Assembly: GCA_003222115.1 (NCBI GenBank)
Contig: QHUL01000052.1
Location: 3,726-67,725 of the forward strand
Reading direction: 5' to 3'
Length of the DNA stretch: 64,000 nt
Origin: Gemmatimonadota bacterium
Lineage (GTDB): Bacteria > Gemmatimonadota > Gemmatimonadetes > Gemmatimonadales > GWC2-71-9
Made by a program: the position numbers and the translations under genes. Within the stretch, counting starts at the first letter, position 1, and the number at the start of each line of letters is the position of its first letter. The notes below the pieces were generated by a model that was not told the DNA's origin, did not search any database, and saw only the letters and a list, made by a program, of their open reading frames with translations. Below are positions 62,131-64,000 of the stretch, piece by piece.

Positions 62131-63429
62131 TTGTCCGCCGGCATGTTTCTTGACCCCTTCTCGCGGTCTCGGGCGAGGAGCTGGCGCGTGACGGACGAGG
62201 CTCAGGGGACGATCTCTCCCACCCGGGTTCTTGACAACTTCCCGCTGTCGGCCGGGACTGTTCACCCGGGCGTGGGCGGTTGCGCCGAGCGCCCGATGCC
62301 GATGGCTGCGGCGATCCCCTGGATTCCCGTCGGCAACGGCACTGCGTCGCCCGAGTCCGCGCAATTTCCCGTCTTCATCACCCAGGGCACTCTCAGAGCG
62401 GTGCATGAGCACTGCGCGGCGAGCGACGGTCGGCTCGGTTTTTTGACAGGCCAGCTGTACAGGTGCTCGGAGACGGGCGTGCCGTACGTCATCATCGCTT
62501 CGACCTTCCGCGTCCCCTGGCCGATCGCGGGTGATGATCAGAAGCCCATCGCGGAGTTGACCCGCGAAGTGGCCCAGAGCGAGTTGGCCCAGAACGGCGA
62601 CCGGTTGCTCGGTTGGTACCGGAGCTCCCCCTCTCCGGAGGCCGGACTCTCGCCCAGGGATGCGGAGCTGCATAGCTCGTTATTGTCGCACCCGTGGGAC
62701 GTGGCGCTGCTCGTGCGTTCCGATTCCGGGGCGGCCGGGGCCCTTTTCCGCAAGTCTTCAAGCGCCACATGGCGGCAAGAGCCGCTCGGCTTCTACGAGT
62801 TGCTCGATGAGGGTCGCCCTGGCCCCGCCGGCGAGAAGCGCACCGTTTTGGCGTGGTGGACCTACCGTGCGGGCGACGCGGTCGCGCCGATCGCGGCGGT
62901 CCCCAAGGGACGGGTCACACGCCCGGACCCCGCGCCGCTGCCCCGGCTGCTCGTTCCCGATGAGTTCGACGACGAGGACGACGTCGGGAAGCGACCGCGC
63001 TCGAGCACGCTCGACGTGCTGCGCCGGCGCGCTCCCCGCCTGGTGGCTTACGGCGTCGTCGGCCTGCTCGCGCTCTGGGGCTTGGTGCAACTCGCCACGC
63101 TCGCAGCCGCTCCGGCGGGCAGCCAGCCCGCCGCCGTTGCGGCGGGTGGCGTGTCGTCTGCACGAGTCGATCAGCTTGCCGACACGGTCGCGCTCGCGCT
63201 GGTTGCCTTTGACCTGCGGGTGCGGATGTTCGAGCGCCGTCAGATGGCGTGCGCTGACTTGTCGCGTGGCCTTGTCGAGTTGGAGGAGCGCTGGATGGTC
63301 TACAACATCGCGCGCAAGGGCGCGTTGGGGACGTTCGATGCGGCGAGCAACACGAGGGACGCGGGGTTGTACACCACCGTCGACGCCGCCGAGCGTCGCT
63401 TCGAGCGTTCACCGTGCCCGCGCCCCTGA
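62131..63429 (+). CDS. Membrane-anchored degenerate MPN (MPN-) paralogue of the preceding gene
   Basis: 432 aa from the TTG at 62131; the ATG at 62296 fits the paralogue alignment better. It has the same architecture, but the motif reads LLGWYRSSPSPEAGLSPRD, with both His replaced. TM helix YGVVGLLALWGLVQLATL. The C-terminal domain aligns with the paralogue and ends in PCPRP. Confidence 0.6.
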   Translation: MSAGMFLDPFSRSRARSWRVTDEAQGTISPTRVLDNFPLSAGTVHPGVGGCAERPMPMAAAIPWIPVGNGTASPESAQFPVFITQGTLRAVHEHCAASDGRLGFLTGQLYRCSETGVPYVIIASTFRVPWPIAGDDQKPIAELTREVAQSELAQNGDRLLGWYRSSPSPEAGLSPRDAELHSSLLSHPWDVALLVRSDSGAAGALFRKSSSATWRQEPLGFYELLDEGRPGPAGEKRTVLAWWTYRAGDAVAPIAAVPKGRVTRPDPAPLPRLLVPDEFDDEDDVGKRPRSSTLDVLRRRAPRLVAYGVVGLLALWGLVQLATLAAAPAGSQPAAVAAGGVSSARVDQLADTVALALVAFDLRVRMFERRQMACADLSRGLVELEERWMVYNIARKGALGTFDAASNTRDAGLYTTVDAAERRFERSPCPRP

Positions 63430-63433
63430 TCCG

Positions 63434-64000
63434 ATGAGCGGGGGCCGCGCCGAGCGTTGGGCGTGCGCGCAGCGGGTTCGCGCGCCAGCTGCGTTCGTAG
63501 CGCTCTTCATGTTCGCGGCCGCGGGCAGCGCTGCGACCCAAGGCGTTGAGCCCCTGCACAAGAGCGACCTCGTGCGCTTGCTCGCGAGCCCGCTGATCCA
63601 CAAGGGTGAGGTCGCAGACCTGATTCGCCGGAACTGTCTGGCCTTCCGGCCGACGGAGCGGGACTGGTCCGATCTCCGGACCCTGGGTGCGGACGTCGAC
63701 GTGCTGAGTAGCGTCGGGGCGTGCACCACGAGACCGGCCCCGCCCGCGACGCGCGCCGCCCTGACTCTGGAGGCGCTGAGCGTCGTGCCGGCCGCCGCAC
63801 CGGTCGTGGCAGCGGCCGGCACGGATGCGGTGGTCGAGGTCCGGGTGAGCCGGGGCAAGGTGCGGCAGGCAGGCCTCGCGCTCGTCCTCCGGGGGAGCTC
63901 GCGTATCCCCGGTGGATCACCACGCGACGCCGAAGCGGTCACGGATGACAGCGGCCTCGCGGTGTTTCGCGTGCCAGCGGGCCGGACGGTCGCGACGTAC
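63434..64000 (+). CDS. Secreted hypothetical protein (3'-truncated by the window end)
   Basis: Not in the ORF track because it has no stop inside the window. ATG lies 5 nt after the previous stop, and I read the frame as open for 189 codons to position 64000. Signal-like AFVALFMFAAAGSAATQG. Third-position GC is high. Confidence 0.45.
   Translation, partial: MSGGRAERWACAQRVRAPAAFVALFMFAAAGSAATQGVEPLHKSDLVRLLASPLIHKGEVADLIRRNCLAFRPTERDWSDLRTLGADVDVLSSVGACTTRPAPPATRAALTLEALSVVPAAAPVVAAAGTDAVVEVRVSRGKVRQAGLALVLRGSSRIPGGSPRDAEAVTDDSGLAVFRVPAGRTVATY

Overview
Very GC-rich bacterial chromosomal window (by eye about two-thirds G+C or more; not computed). I can support about 75 protein genes. I found no rRNA, tRNA, CRISPR array, transposase or integrase. 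Because of the GC content nearly every real gene is shadowed by long spurious antisense or off-frame ORFs, so I chose frames by recognisable protein families, start/stop coupling and third-position GC. Layout: (1) 1-8.8 kb is a colinear ribosomal block, rpsC-rplP-rpmC-rpsQ-rplN-rplX-rplE-rpsN(type Z)-rpsH-rplF-rplR-rpsE-rpmD-rplO-secY-adk-map. Several members carry low-complexity N-terminal extensions, and the block ends at map rather than continuing into infA/rpmJ/rpsM. (2) 8.8-39 kb holds housekeeping genes in long, tightly coupled strings: formimidoyltransferase-cyclodeaminase, suhB, trpS, mgtC-like, pilT, purA, ypdA, glycerate kinase, glyQS, hsp20, an HDAC-family enzyme, priA, pdaD, ccdA, ggt and the murQ-anmK-nagZ muropeptide-recycling trio. 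(3) 39.1-49.1 kb is a Ser/Thr phospho-signalling supercluster. It contains a 4-gene operon (triple zinc-ribbon/double-FHA protein, zinc-ribbon Hanks kinase, PP2C phosphatase, FHA-TM-trypsin-like protease). Divergent from it lie an outer-membrane metalloprotease/beta-propeller/beta-barrel protein and a second zinc-ribbon kinase with periplasmic PEGA and TonB-C-like domains. (4) 49.8-60.3 kb holds nrdJ, two paralogous zinc-ribbon proteins flanking a MOSC gene, an AT-rich palindrome before marR-pyk, then an aldolase, ytxH, yihY and ltaE. (5) 60.3-64 kb holds two adjacent membrane-anchored paralogues with an MPN/JAMM N-domain. The first has an intact JAMM motif and the second has it degraded, and both share an unrecognised Cys-containing C-terminal domain; a secreted protein runs off the window end. 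My top candidates for an undescribed system are the MPN+/MPN- membrane pair and the FHA/kinase/phosphatase/protease envelope-signalling cluster. Non-coding signals: a palindrome built from heptamer arrays, a G-rich palindromic repeat family at convergent gene ends, a recurrent promoter-like motif, a terminator inside the purA leader, and sigma-54-like promoters around hsp20. The taxonomic guess (a high-GC diderm such as Gemmatimonadota) is inference only.
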